This document shows, piece by piece, positions 1 through 8,673 of a stretch of DNA of 56,603 nucleotides. The stretch spans positions 1-56,603 of the forward strand of contig JABDEY010000005.1 of NCBI GenBank assembly GCA_013286805.1, given 5' to 3'. The stretch comes from Bacteroidota bacterium (GTDB taxonomy: Bacteria > Bacteroidota > Bacteroidia > JABDFU01). Each line of letters starts with the position of its first letter. Position 1 is the stretch's first letter. The notes under the pieces are model-generated. The model was not told the origin of the DNA and searched no databases. It saw only the letters and a program-made list of their open reading frames with translations. The position numbers and the translations under genes were made by a program.

Positions 1-756
1 AAACTGGCTGACCTGGGAGGTTTTATAGGAAAATTCGGGTACAAAATAAATTTATCAGGAGATAAGGCTACAGTGGACTCCCTGAATAAATTATTAAAGG
101 ATGTGGAAGGTAAAAGCGAAGCCAATGTTATTTCCCTTTTGACCATTCGCACTATGGCCAAGGCTGTGTACTCCACAAAAAATATAGGACATTACGGTCT
201 CGGTTTTCAATTCTATACGCATTTCACTTCTCCTATCAGACGTTACCCCGATGGGGGCAAGCCTGTAGATGCAGACGAATTGGAACTGGCCTGCAAGCAT
301 TCTTCCGATATGGAAAAACTCGCTGCCGATGCAGAGCGTTCTTCTATTAAATACAAACAAGTGCAGTTCATGCAGGATAAAGTAGGTCAGCAGTTTGAAG
401 GGATGATATCCGGGGTTACGGAATGGGGTATTTTTGTTGAACTGAATGAAAATCATTGCGAAGGGATGATCCGTATTCGTGATCTGAAAGACGATTCGTA
501 TTATTTTGATGAAGATAATTATTGCCTGGTAGGTAGACGAACCAAACGCGCCCTGCGGCTGGGGGATCCCCTGCAGATTGAGATTCGTGGTGCTAATCTG
601 GTAAAAAAACAACTCGACTTTGTGCTGGTTGAAACGCTGCAAAAAAAAACGGTTGGCCAAAAACAGCCGGATGATGCTGGAAACAAGTCCACGATAAAAA
701 ATGCCAGGAAAAACAAGAATTCACATCTGAATGATGAATGGGGATTTGAGATTTAA
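1..756 (+). CDS. rnr: Ribonuclease R, 3' part (5'-truncated by the window; RNB C-terminus + S1 domain)
   Basis: Frame 1 is open from base 1 (KLADLGGFIGKFGYKI...). It contains HYGLGFQFYTHFTSPIRRYPD and an S1 domain (FEGMISGVTEWGIFVEL...CEGMIRI). The usual xxxHRLL segment after RYPD is missing. Confidence 0.92.
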   Translation, partial: KLADLGGFIGKFGYKINLSGDKATVDSLNKLLKDVEGKSEANVISLLTIRTMAKAVYSTKNIGHYGLGFQFYTHFTSPIRRYPDGGKPVDADELELACKHSSDMEKLAADAERSSIKYKQVQFMQDKVGQQFEGMISGVTEWGIFVELNENHCEGMIRIRDLKDDSYYFDEDNYCLVGRRTKRALRLGDPLQIEIRGANLVKKQLDFVLVETLQKKTVGQKQPDDAGNKSTIKNARKNKNSHLNDEWGFEI

Positions 757-775
757 TTTATACTGCATCTGTTCA

Positions 776-1858
776 ATGAACCAGCTCTCTGGTCGGCATA
801 TCATTATTTTATTTCTTCTCCTGAATTTAACCACTGCAGCAACTTCCCAAACCCTCTGGACACATCAGGAGAGTGCTCCGGCTTATAAAGGAAAACAAGA
901 CGATATTTATTTTATCAACCCTGATATGGGCTGGTATGTGAATGGCTCTGGTAAAATCTACAGAACAAGAGACGGCGGAACAAACTGGGCACTTGAATTT
1001 GAAAAGCCCGGTACCTATTTTCGCTGTGTAGGATTCATTGATTCATTAAACGGCTTTGCCGGAAATATAGGAACAGATTATTTTCCAGGCGTAAGTGATA
1101 CTGTCCCGATATACAAAACAACAGACGGAGGAAAAACATGGAGCAGCATTGTTTATAAGGGCCCGGTTATTAAAGGTGTATGCGCCATCGACATTTTAAA
1201 AGAGCCATTTATCAATGCCGGAGTGTTGGATTACAAGTTCCATATTATTGCAGGAGGGCGTGTGGGTTCTCCCGCTTTCATTCTACGCTCAGATGATGCA
1301 GGTAAAACCTGGTCCTCCTCAGACCTGAATAAATACTGCGCATTTATTCTTGACATTAAATTCTTTACGCCAAATGAGGGGCTTGTTTTTGCCGGATGCG
1401 GAAAGGACCTGGAGAAAACACATGCATGTATTTTATATACGGATAACGGAGGAAAAACATGGCAAAAAAAATACGAATCAAAACGCCCTTATGAAATAAC
1501 CTGGAAGGCCTCCTTTCCAACCCGCAAAACAGGCTATGTGACCATTCAGTCCTATGATCCGGACTCAACTGTAGCACAACGCTATGTAGCTAAAACAACC
1601 AATGGAGGGAAAAAATGGAAAGAAATTAAACTGGATGCAGATTATTCCTGTCAGGAATTCGGCATTGGCTTCACAGATGAAAACACTGGTTGGGTAGGAA
1701 CCATGAAAACCGGATATGAAACTCATGATGGTGGTGCCACCTGGAAAAAAGTAGCCATGGGAAAAGCGGTCAATAAAATCCGGCTTTTGAAGACCCCATC
1801 CGGCTTTGTTGGGTATGCGATTGGAAAGGATATTTATAAAATGGAAATAAAAAGATAA
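776..1858 (+). CDS. Secreted BNR/Asp-box repeat beta-propeller protein (YCF48-like)
   Basis: Repeated TxDGGxTW motifs (TRDGGTNW, TTDGGKTW, SDDAGKTW, TDNGGKTW, THDGGATW). A hydrophobic signal peptide follows ATG 776, which is preferred over 731 because 731 overlaps rnr. Confidence 0.8.
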   Translation: MNQLSGRHIIILFLLLNLTTAATSQTLWTHQESAPAYKGKQDDIYFINPDMGWYVNGSGKIYRTRDGGTNWALEFEKPGTYFRCVGFIDSLNGFAGNIGTDYFPGVSDTVPIYKTTDGGKTWSSIVYKGPVIKGVCAIDILKEPFINAGVLDYKFHIIAGGRVGSPAFILRSDDAGKTWSSSDLNKYCAFILDIKFFTPNEGLVFAGCGKDLEKTHACILYTDNGGKTWQKKYESKRPYEITWKASFPTRKTGYVTIQSYDPDSTVAQRYVAKTTNGGKKWKEIKLDADYSCQEFGIGFTDENTGWVGTMKTGYETHDGGATWKKVAMGKAVNKIRLLKTPSGFVGYAIGKDIYKMEIKR

Positions 1859-1866
1859 GCTCCCTT

Positions 1867-3348
1867 CTACTGTATCACAATTTTTTTTTCGTAGCGTTTA
1901 TTATCTGAAACAGCTTCCACAAAGTAGACTCCGGCCGCTAATTTATTCAGTGGGTCAATTTCGATTACTTCCCTGTCTTCCATTACTGTAACTATTCTGG
2001 CATAATATTCTTGTCCATTGCCATTCCTGACCAGAATAGAAATTTTCTGACCGCTCATCCCAAATATGCACACGTAAAATGTGCCACTTGCGGGGTTGGG
2101 GTAAACAGAAATCGTCTTTTCATTTTGAAAATTTACTGAGACCGGATTGCTGTATTTAAATTTACCATCATTATCTACCTGTTTCAGCCGGTAATAGGAA
2201 ATTTCTTTGTACGGGTTGTAATCCACTGCAGTATATTTTATTATTATTGAACTGTTTCCGGCAGCGTTTTGTTGATCGAGATCTGTAAAATCAGTTCCAT
2301 CCGGCGAACGCTGAACCCTAAAATAATCACTATTTGATTCGGATGCAGTTGTCCAAAATAGGTCTACATTATTTCCATCGGGCTTTGCATCAAAATCAAT
2401 AAGTTCTATGGGAAGCTCTCCAACTCCATTGGCAAAACCTATTGTGTGTTGAGAAAAGGAAGTATAACCAGTTCTTTGTGCGTACCCTGTTCCTGCACTA
2501 AAGGTCCTGCCCGCAGAACCCGCTGGAGAAATAGCAGTTACCGCATCATAGGTTAAAAAGCCGGCATACGACGTTGAAGGAAGTGTTCTTTTAAGAGGAC
2601 AAAACATATTATCATTAGCAGCCGACAAGGTAGTATTCTCTACGAATAACTGAACTCCGTAATTTCCGCCCACGTAGGTGTATGCATCGGGGGTAAGGGT
2701 CCAGATGGTCGAATGTCCTACTTGTTCCCCCGCGGTATGAACGATCGGACTTAATTGCTGGGTTGTACTCAGGTTAACATCCGTATTGTTTACAGACTGA
2801 ACAAAGTCCAAAACCGTAGCATCCAAATAGGAAATGCCGGCATTAAGTGCATTATTAACAAACGTAATCTGATGGCGGTTGGTAGAAGCGGTCCCGTCTC
2901 CCAAAGGATACAGATAAGTGCTGGTGTTTGAAGCAATATACCTTCTGAATGTTCCATAAATGAATCCACTTGTGTAAACCAGGCTGGAGGCTACGCTGGA
3001 AGACAATACGACGATATTCGTACTTGTTATTATGATTCCACTTGTCAGCGTAAGCGTATTCGCAACAGTTAAATTTGTGAAACCGCTAAGCGTAATACCA
3101 GATCCGGTATTCGCAATCGTGAGATTATTAAATGTTGTAGCAGCGTTCCCAGCAATATTTTGTGGGCCTGTTCCGGCAAAGGAGACCATTTGTCCCAAAT
3201 CTGTGATGGACCCGTTATTGATAAAGTCCCCGAAAAAGGTTATACGCGTTCCGGAATTTAAATTTACAGCCCCATTGTTTGTGAATTGCTGCTGGGCACA
3301 TAAAGAAAAAGAAAAAAGAAAAGACACACTGTATAGTATAGTATTCAT
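1867..3348 (-). CDS. T9SS type A sorting domain protein (putative adhesin)
   Basis: Signal peptide and Thr/Asn/Gly-rich beta-repeat N-terminus. LPIELIDFDAK...W.TASE.NSDYF...YYRLKQVDNDG Ig-like module. C-terminal VYPNPA...GVYFV...KKIVIQ T9SS CTD. Confidence 0.85.
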   Translation of the reverse strand: MNTILYSVSFLFSFSLCAQQQFTNNGAVNLNSGTRITFFGDFINNGSITDLGQMVSFAGTGPQNIAGNAATTFNNLTIANTGSGITLSGFTNLTVANTLTLTSGIIITSTNIVVLSSSVASSLVYTSGFIYGTFRRYIASNTSTYLYPLGDGTASTNRHQITFVNNALNAGISYLDATVLDFVQSVNNTDVNLSTTQQLSPIVHTAGEQVGHSTIWTLTPDAYTYVGGNYGVQLFVENTTLSAANDNMFCPLKRTLPSTSYAGFLTYDAVTAISPAGSAGRTFSAGTGYAQRTGYTSFSQHTIGFANGVGELPIELIDFDAKPDGNNVDLFWTTASESNSDYFRVQRSPDGTDFTDLDQQNAAGNSSIIIKYTAVDYNPYKEISYYRLKQVDNDGKFKYSNPVSVNFQNEKTISVYPNPASGTFYVCIFGMSGQKISILVRNGNGQEYYARIVTVMEDREVIEIDPLNKLAAGVYFVEAVSDNKRYEKKIVIQ

Positions 3349-3373
3349 GATCCGCTCTTTTAGAAATAAGACG

Positions 3374-4801
3374 TTATTTAAGGGCCAAATTGAGATTTTG
3401 TATAATCATATCCGTGCCATCTGTATTGTTTTCCACCCAGGCTTCTATGTAATCATTTGGTGCTAAGAATACCATACACGAAACGGTAATTGGTCCCTGA
3501 TCAGTATTGTTTTTCAGTATGACCTGCTGTTTTGATCCGGGAAGAATAACTCCGTTTTGAGCTATGTAAAAACTGAAATATTTATTACTACCTGCTCCTG
3601 TGAATGTTGAAGTTAAACTGCAAACAACGATGCACCTCCTTGTTTTTGCTCCAGTGTATGTGAGCCTGTTGCTAACAGGCGAAGTAACCCTGAATAAATT
3701 TACCGCTGTAGTAGTGCCAAGCATTTTAACGGGCATATTGGCCGATGCAATTACAGTGGTAGCAGTGGCTGTTAAATAAAAACTTCCGCTTGCCACATCG
3801 TCTTTTACCGTACTTAACCCAAACGATTCCACTTCCCATAAATCAGAGAAAGTGCCATTTACGTATGTTCCGGTTCCAATAAACATGACTTCTTTGATAG
3901 TGCCTTCTAGAACCGTAGTAATGCCTGTTATATCTAATGCTGTGGCTGCATTTGCAGATAAAGTCACCCTGTCACCACCAAATATCTGGATAATATTGAA
4001 CGTACCAACTAATTTTTCATAGGTGTTTTGATTAGTGAATCCCCAAAGCCCGTTAAATTCTACCAGATTATTATCATTCTGAAACGTTATTCCGTTGGTA
4101 TTGTTTTCAAACACAACCATTCCTAAATAAACAGATCCTCCAAAATTACTTATCAGACCAATGCTGGCCGAATTGGCAACTATGCATTCCTCAATAATCA
4201 AATTCAGAAGCGCACCAGCGGCATTTAAATTAAATACCTGCCCGCCACCACTTGGTGCCGCCAATGTTACATTTTTAATAAAGCCGCCGTGTGCCCCTGT
4301 AAGCAATGCTCCGCCGGCGGGTGTATACAGTAAAATATCATCCACTGCACCCACTCCTCTGATGATTGAATTGTTCAAATCAATCATATTAGTAAGTACA
4401 ACCGTTCCGTTAATCTCATAAATGGTATTTGATAAAAGTATAATCACTCCACTTACAGCCGCCGGAAAATCAGCGGCAGATTTAACCAGAACATAATTAC
4501 TTCTTGCTATGGCGGTACTGATTGCCAGCCATTTCGTGCCATTCCAGAAATAATAGCCATCCGTTACTGTACCTCCGCTGCTGTATATAAGCATTCCTGG
4601 CGGAGTTGTTGCCGTTAAGGGAGCTACTGAGTTAATGCTGTTCAATATAACCCGTGGAGGCAAAAACCCCATGTTAGTGCTTTCCAGCTCAAGCAGGGAA
4701 TTCGCATTAATAGTATTCGGGTTGTTTCCTATTTTAACCTGCGCCGAGGTGGGGAGAATGCTTGCTGTTAGTAAGCATAGGGTGATAATGATGTTTTTCA
4801 T
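3374..4801 (-). CDS. Secreted fibre-like protein with C1q/BclA-CTD-like C-terminus
   Basis: Signal peptide, then the Bacteroidota QVKIG...NSLLELESTNMGFLPPRV motif, a beta-rich middle region and a C-terminal jelly-roll-like segment (LAPNDYIEAWVENNT). The fold call is by resemblance only. Confidence 0.6.
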   Translation of the reverse strand: MKNIIITLCLLTASILPTSAQVKIGNNPNTINANSLLELESTNMGFLPPRVILNSINSVAPLTATTPPGMLIYSSGGTVTDGYYFWNGTKWLAISTAIARSNYVLVKSAADFPAAVSGVIILLSNTIYEINGTVVLTNMIDLNNSIIRGVGAVDDILLYTPAGGALLTGAHGGFIKNVTLAAPSGGGQVFNLNAAGALLNLIIEECIVANSASIGLISNFGGSVYLGMVVFENNTNGITFQNDNNLVEFNGLWGFTNQNTYEKLVGTFNIIQIFGGDRVTLSANAATALDITGITTVLEGTIKEVMFIGTGTYVNGTFSDLWEVESFGLSTVKDDVASGSFYLTATATTVIASANMPVKMLGTTTAVNLFRVTSPVSNRLTYTGAKTRRCIVVCSLTSTFTGAGSNKYFSFYIAQNGVILPGSKQQVILKNNTDQGPITVSCMVFLAPNDYIEAWVENNTDGTDMIIQNLNLALK

Positions 4802-5357
4802 GCGACAAATGTGAGCATGTTCAGTATCGAAAATATTACACGTGTGTTGAAAAAATTTATATCAATCACAGGTTTGTGGTTTTCGCGGGAGCTTGTGAAC
4901 GGGCCTGAATACTGTTATTTCGAGGGGATATGTTTTTATTAATTGCCGAAAATTTGCTTGATAAGCATAAATTTTACAATTTTTTGCGGTGAATTAAGCT
5001 GAATATGGGGGGGGTGAGGGATACGCAGGTTGCCTTAAAAATGGTGGAAGCCCTCTGGTTAGTGGGTCGTGGTGTGTTTCTCTGAATTACTTTTGGATGT
5101 ATTTTACTGGAATCTTACAGGTGTAAGAAATTTGAAAAAGTCTGATATTGATTGCAATTTATTGAGAAGGTTAGATACGCTTAAAAAGTCAGTCATTAAA
5201 CGGGCTCCTACCGTAAACGTCTGGTATATTTTAATACATCGCCTGATGCCTTTGATCGACAATTTTGATAATGAACAGTGAATACTTTGCGAATTATATA
5301 GCCAGGATATAAGTCGCAGAACCGCCAATGAAAATTGGATTTTTCAATTTAGTCAAT

Positions 5358-5744
5358 TTAAGCAGCCTTAATTTCGTCACAATATCGGTAAGATTGAGGT
5401 GGAACGAAATCTTGTATTACTGACTTAGGGTCAAGTGATTTTCGGAATTTATTTACCTTTTTTATTTTAATAGAAAACCCAATACTTTTATTAGAAAAAT
5501 ATTCAAAAAAGGAGAATTTGTCAATCGAACCCACATCATTGAATTCCTCCCAAAGGTTTTTGGGGGTATCAGAAATAATTTCATCAATAGTGAAATATCC
5601 AATAATTCTTTGTTCAGGTGCGCTAGAATAAATAAAAACCTTTTCAATTTCCTGCTTGAAAGATGCTTTTCTAAATTCAACTTTTTTTTCTCCACTTAAT
5701 ATGGCATTTGCATATTTGGGCTTAATTGATAGAATTACGTTCAT
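5358..5744 (-). CDS. Standalone ASCH (PUA-like) domain protein
   Basis: ASCH signature LSIKPKYANAILSGEKKVEFRK (GxKxxExR), followed by IYSSAPEQRIIGYF and a C-terminal PPQSYRY. Confidence 0.88.
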   Translation of the reverse strand: MNVILSIKPKYANAILSGEKKVEFRKASFKQEIEKVFIYSSAPEQRIIGYFTIDEIISDTPKNLWEEFNDVGSIDKFSFFEYFSNKSIGFSIKIKKVNKFRKSLDPKSVIQDFVPPQSYRYCDEIKAA

Positions 5745-5901
5745 AAATGAGTTTTTAGTTTATTGTTTCGTTAAAGTAATCATCATACGAGTATACCATC
5801 CAGAACGAAAGTAGCAAGTACATATTGGCTGCTGACACCACACATTTTTTTTTATTAGTCCGAATCTGTTAATATCTATTAAATTAATTATTGTTAATCA
5901 T

Positions 5902-6942
5902 TCAACCGCTCAAATGAAACAATTTCAAAAAATCTTCCTGCTCCAGATTAAAAAAATCAGCAACTTCCTTAACACTAAATCTATGTTTGCTTTTAAACTC
6001 GGCAATTAAATTTTTTAAAAGTTTTGGTGTTTCTTTTGGAATATCAAGTTCGATTGGCTCTCTTCTCCGAATGTTCAGGGTGTTAAACTGTTCCAGTAAA
6101 TATCTCTTTTGATTATTAGTGATAATATTTAAGTCATTTGCTCGGTAGAGAATTGCTTGCATTGAAACCTTCCATTTACACTTTAGCTCTGCAAGGTCAG
6201 TAATTTTTAGATTTTCATTTAGTTGGGATTTAATGTCCTTTTTTGGCATTAACAATTCTGCCGCAAACAAATTGGCTTCGTGGCCAATATTCCGGTCTGC
6301 CGAAAGATTCGCAAAAGTGTGCATAATGAGGTGACCTAACTCATAAGCTAAACTGAATCTCAAACGATCTCCAAGCATACTTTTATTCAAAACAATAATC
6401 GGCTGTCTTTCATTAGTAAGAATGGTTCGGCTGTCAACTCTTTCAGTACCAAAATCAAAACTTAATACTATAATTCCCTTACTTTCAATTATTTCAATCA
6501 AATCAGCTAATGGTCCCCTCTCAATTCTCCACATTTGTCTTAATTCTTCAGCCACTTTTGCTGGAGAAATCGTTTTTCCCAGATCAAATAAAGGAATTTT
6601 ACTGGTTGGTCTTTTAAGTGCCTGAAATAGTCTTCCAATAATAAGGCGGTAAATATTTATTTGAGCTTCAATTGGAACAATGAGCTTTTGAGGTACATTT
6701 TGCTTTTTTCTGAAATTCAAATTCATTGGAATGGCTTCACCATTTTGATAAAAAAAACTCTTTGGGTAATTCAGTGATTTGCTAAATGCTTCTAATAGAT
6801 TTTCACTAATCGAAGGATTATCCTTTTCGACACGGCTCATTTTAGCAGTAGTAATACTCAATTGTTCAGCCAGAGCTCTTTGAGTAAGAAATCTTGACTC
6901 ACGTCCGAGAGTTATCATTTTTGCGTTCAATTTACCTAGCAT
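5902..6942 (-). CDS. XRE-family HTH fused to an ImmA/IrrE (peptidase M78) domain
   Basis: N-terminal HTH (RESRFLTQRALAEQLSITTAKMSRVE). RLRFSLAYELGHLIMH and EANLFAAELLMP motifs, plus WKVSMQAILYRA. The first His of HExxH is replaced by Tyr. Confidence 0.88.
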   Translation of the reverse strand: MLGKLNAKMITLGRESRFLTQRALAEQLSITTAKMSRVEKDNPSISENLLEAFSKSLNYPKSFFYQNGEAIPMNLNFRKKQNVPQKLIVPIEAQINIYRLIIGRLFQALKRPTSKIPLFDLGKTISPAKVAEELRQMWRIERGPLADLIEIIESKGIIVLSFDFGTERVDSRTILTNERQPIIVLNKSMLGDRLRFSLAYELGHLIMHTFANLSADRNIGHEANLFAAELLMPKKDIKSQLNENLKITDLAELKCKWKVSMQAILYRANDLNIITNNQKRYLLEQFNTLNIRRREPIELDIPKETPKLLKNLIAEFKSKHRFSVKEVADFFNLEQEDFLKLFHLSG

Positions 6943-7158
6943 GATAATAATATCTGCAATTCACATAACGAATATAATAAATTTTTTGTAAAATATCATT
7001 TTTTATTGCAATTTTTATTTAATTTTTAATTACACTAATGTTCATAGATTGAGTAATGCATTGAATAAATTAGTAAATTACCTATTCAAACAATGGTTAT
7101 TCGTTGATTTATGAGAACTAATTAGAAAAATCAGTAATGAAATAGATTTTGTGAGGGC

Positions 7159-8661
7159 ATGAAAGCACTATTAGATACAAATATTATTATCCATCGTGAA
7201 GCTGGAAAAATTGTAAATCAGGATGTTGGAATACTTTTCCGGTGGCTTGATCGTGCGAAGTATGCAAAATGTATCCACCCTATTTCAATTGAAGAAATTA
7301 AAAGGAATCCAAATGTTGCTACTGTTCAGACTTTCATGGCTAAACTTGGTAGTTATGAGCAGTTAGAAATCACTACTCCATTACAAGATCCTGTTAAACA
7401 AGTTTCTATTGAAATGGATGTAAATAGGAATGATTTAAACGATACTATTCTCGTGAATGAAGTCTTTGCTGGTAGAGTTGATATATTAATAACAGAGGAC
7501 AAAAAGATACATACAAAAGCCAAAAAGCTTGGTATACATGATAAAGTCTTTACTATTGATGGTTTTTTAGAAAAAATATTTTCGGAACATCCTGATCTTG
7601 TCAATTACAAAGTTCTTAATGTCCAAAAGAAAAAATTTGGTAACATAAGTTTAAGCGATGAATTTTTCAACAGTCTAAAAGAAGATTATCCTGGATTTGA
7701 TCGCTGGTTTTTAAGAAAAACAGATGATTTAGCCTACGTAACAAGTAATAAGGGAAATGGACTTATATTGTCCTTCCTTTATTTGAAGGTCGAAGGCAAT
7801 GATGAAAATTATCATAATATATCTCCGATATTTCAGCCTAAAAAACGTTTAAAAGTTGGAACTTTTAAAGTAATAAATAATGGCTTTCGGCTCGGCGAAC
7901 GGTTTATAAAGATTATTTTCGATAATGCCTTAGTAAACAAAGTAGATGAAATTTATGTAACAATATTTGATCACAGGGATGAACAGAAACGGTTGATCGA
8001 GTTGATGGAGCAATGGGGTTTCCATTTTTGGGGTATGAAGGGGACTGAAAGGGTATATGTAAGAAATTTTGCCCATACGTTTGATATTAATAACTTACGA
8101 CAACATTATCCATTTGTAAGTAAACGAAGAGGTGTATTTATTGTTCCCATTTATCCGGATTATCATACAGAATTACTTCCAGATTCCATTTTAAATACGG
8201 AATCGCCGCAGGATTTTATTGAAGATTTTCCGCACAGAAATGCAATAAATAAAGTTTATGTATCATGGGCATTAGAACCACATCCAAAAACAGGGGATCT
8301 TATTATATTTTATCGTACTGGTGGTATTTATAAAAGTGTGGTAACAACTATAGGGATCACCCTTGATGTGGTGGAAAATTTCACTGATGTGGATGACTTT
8401 GTTCGTCAATGTAGAAGAGGTAGTGTATTTCCCGAGCCTGAACTAATTAAAATGTGGCAATATAAATCTATTCAGCCATTTATTTTGCGCTTTTTATATG
8501 TATACTCCTTTCCGCACAGAATTAATATGAAAAGCCTAATTGATCTTGGAGTGCTTAAAAGTGTTGAAGATGCTCCGCGAGGATTCAAACCAATAAGTGT
8601 TGCTCATTTTGACGCAATTTTAAACAACACTCAAAGTGATAATAGTTTTATTGTCGACTAA
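7159..8661 (+). CDS. PIN nuclease - GNAT acetyltransferase - EVE/ASCH(PUA)-like fusion protein
   Basis: PIN acidic tetrad D6 (LLDTN), E46, D95 and D114 (LITED). GNAT segment LKVGTFKV..NGFRLGERFIKIIFDNA...EIYVTIF...LMEQWGF. PUA-like C-terminus IVPIYPDYHTELLP...NAINKVYVS...GDLIIFYRT...VVTTIG. Confidence 0.8.
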   Translation: MKALLDTNIIIHREAGKIVNQDVGILFRWLDRAKYAKCIHPISIEEIKRNPNVATVQTFMAKLGSYEQLEITTPLQDPVKQVSIEMDVNRNDLNDTILVNEVFAGRVDILITEDKKIHTKAKKLGIHDKVFTIDGFLEKIFSEHPDLVNYKVLNVQKKKFGNISLSDEFFNSLKEDYPGFDRWFLRKTDDLAYVTSNKGNGLILSFLYLKVEGNDENYHNISPIFQPKKRLKVGTFKVINNGFRLGERFIKIIFDNALVNKVDEIYVTIFDHRDEQKRLIELMEQWGFHFWGMKGTERVYVRNFAHTFDINNLRQHYPFVSKRRGVFIVPIYPDYHTELLPDSILNTESPQDFIEDFPHRNAINKVYVSWALEPHPKTGDLIIFYRTGGIYKSVVTTIGITLDVVENFTDVDDFVRQCRRGSVFPEPELIKMWQYKSIQPFILRFLYVYSFPHRINMKSLIDLGVLKSVEDAPRGFKPISVAHFDAILNNTQSDNSFIVD

Positions 8662-8673
8662 TCGAAAATAGGT

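Noticed and set aside
4834-4849. CACGTG-centred 16-mer as a fourth parS
   Set aside because: The flanks (TATTA/TGTTG) do not match TGTTN/NAACA.
5007-5014. G8 homopolymer as a phase-variation tract
   Set aside because: About 200 bp from the nearest start, not in a recognisable promoter or CDS, and short.
5041-5070. TGGTGGAAG, resembling the reverse complement of a tRNA/tmRNA 3' end (possible att site)
   Set aside because: No T-arm or cloverleaf, and no second copy found at the other island boundary.
5069-5328. Two short overlapping ORFs (70 and 74 aa) at the island's left edge
   Set aside because: Opposite-strand overlap, no motifs, and no resemblance to an integrase or transposase.
5750-5850. 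Possible small leader peptides upstream of the ASCH gene
   Set aside because: All three minus frames give 20-30 codon ORFs with no distinguishing support.
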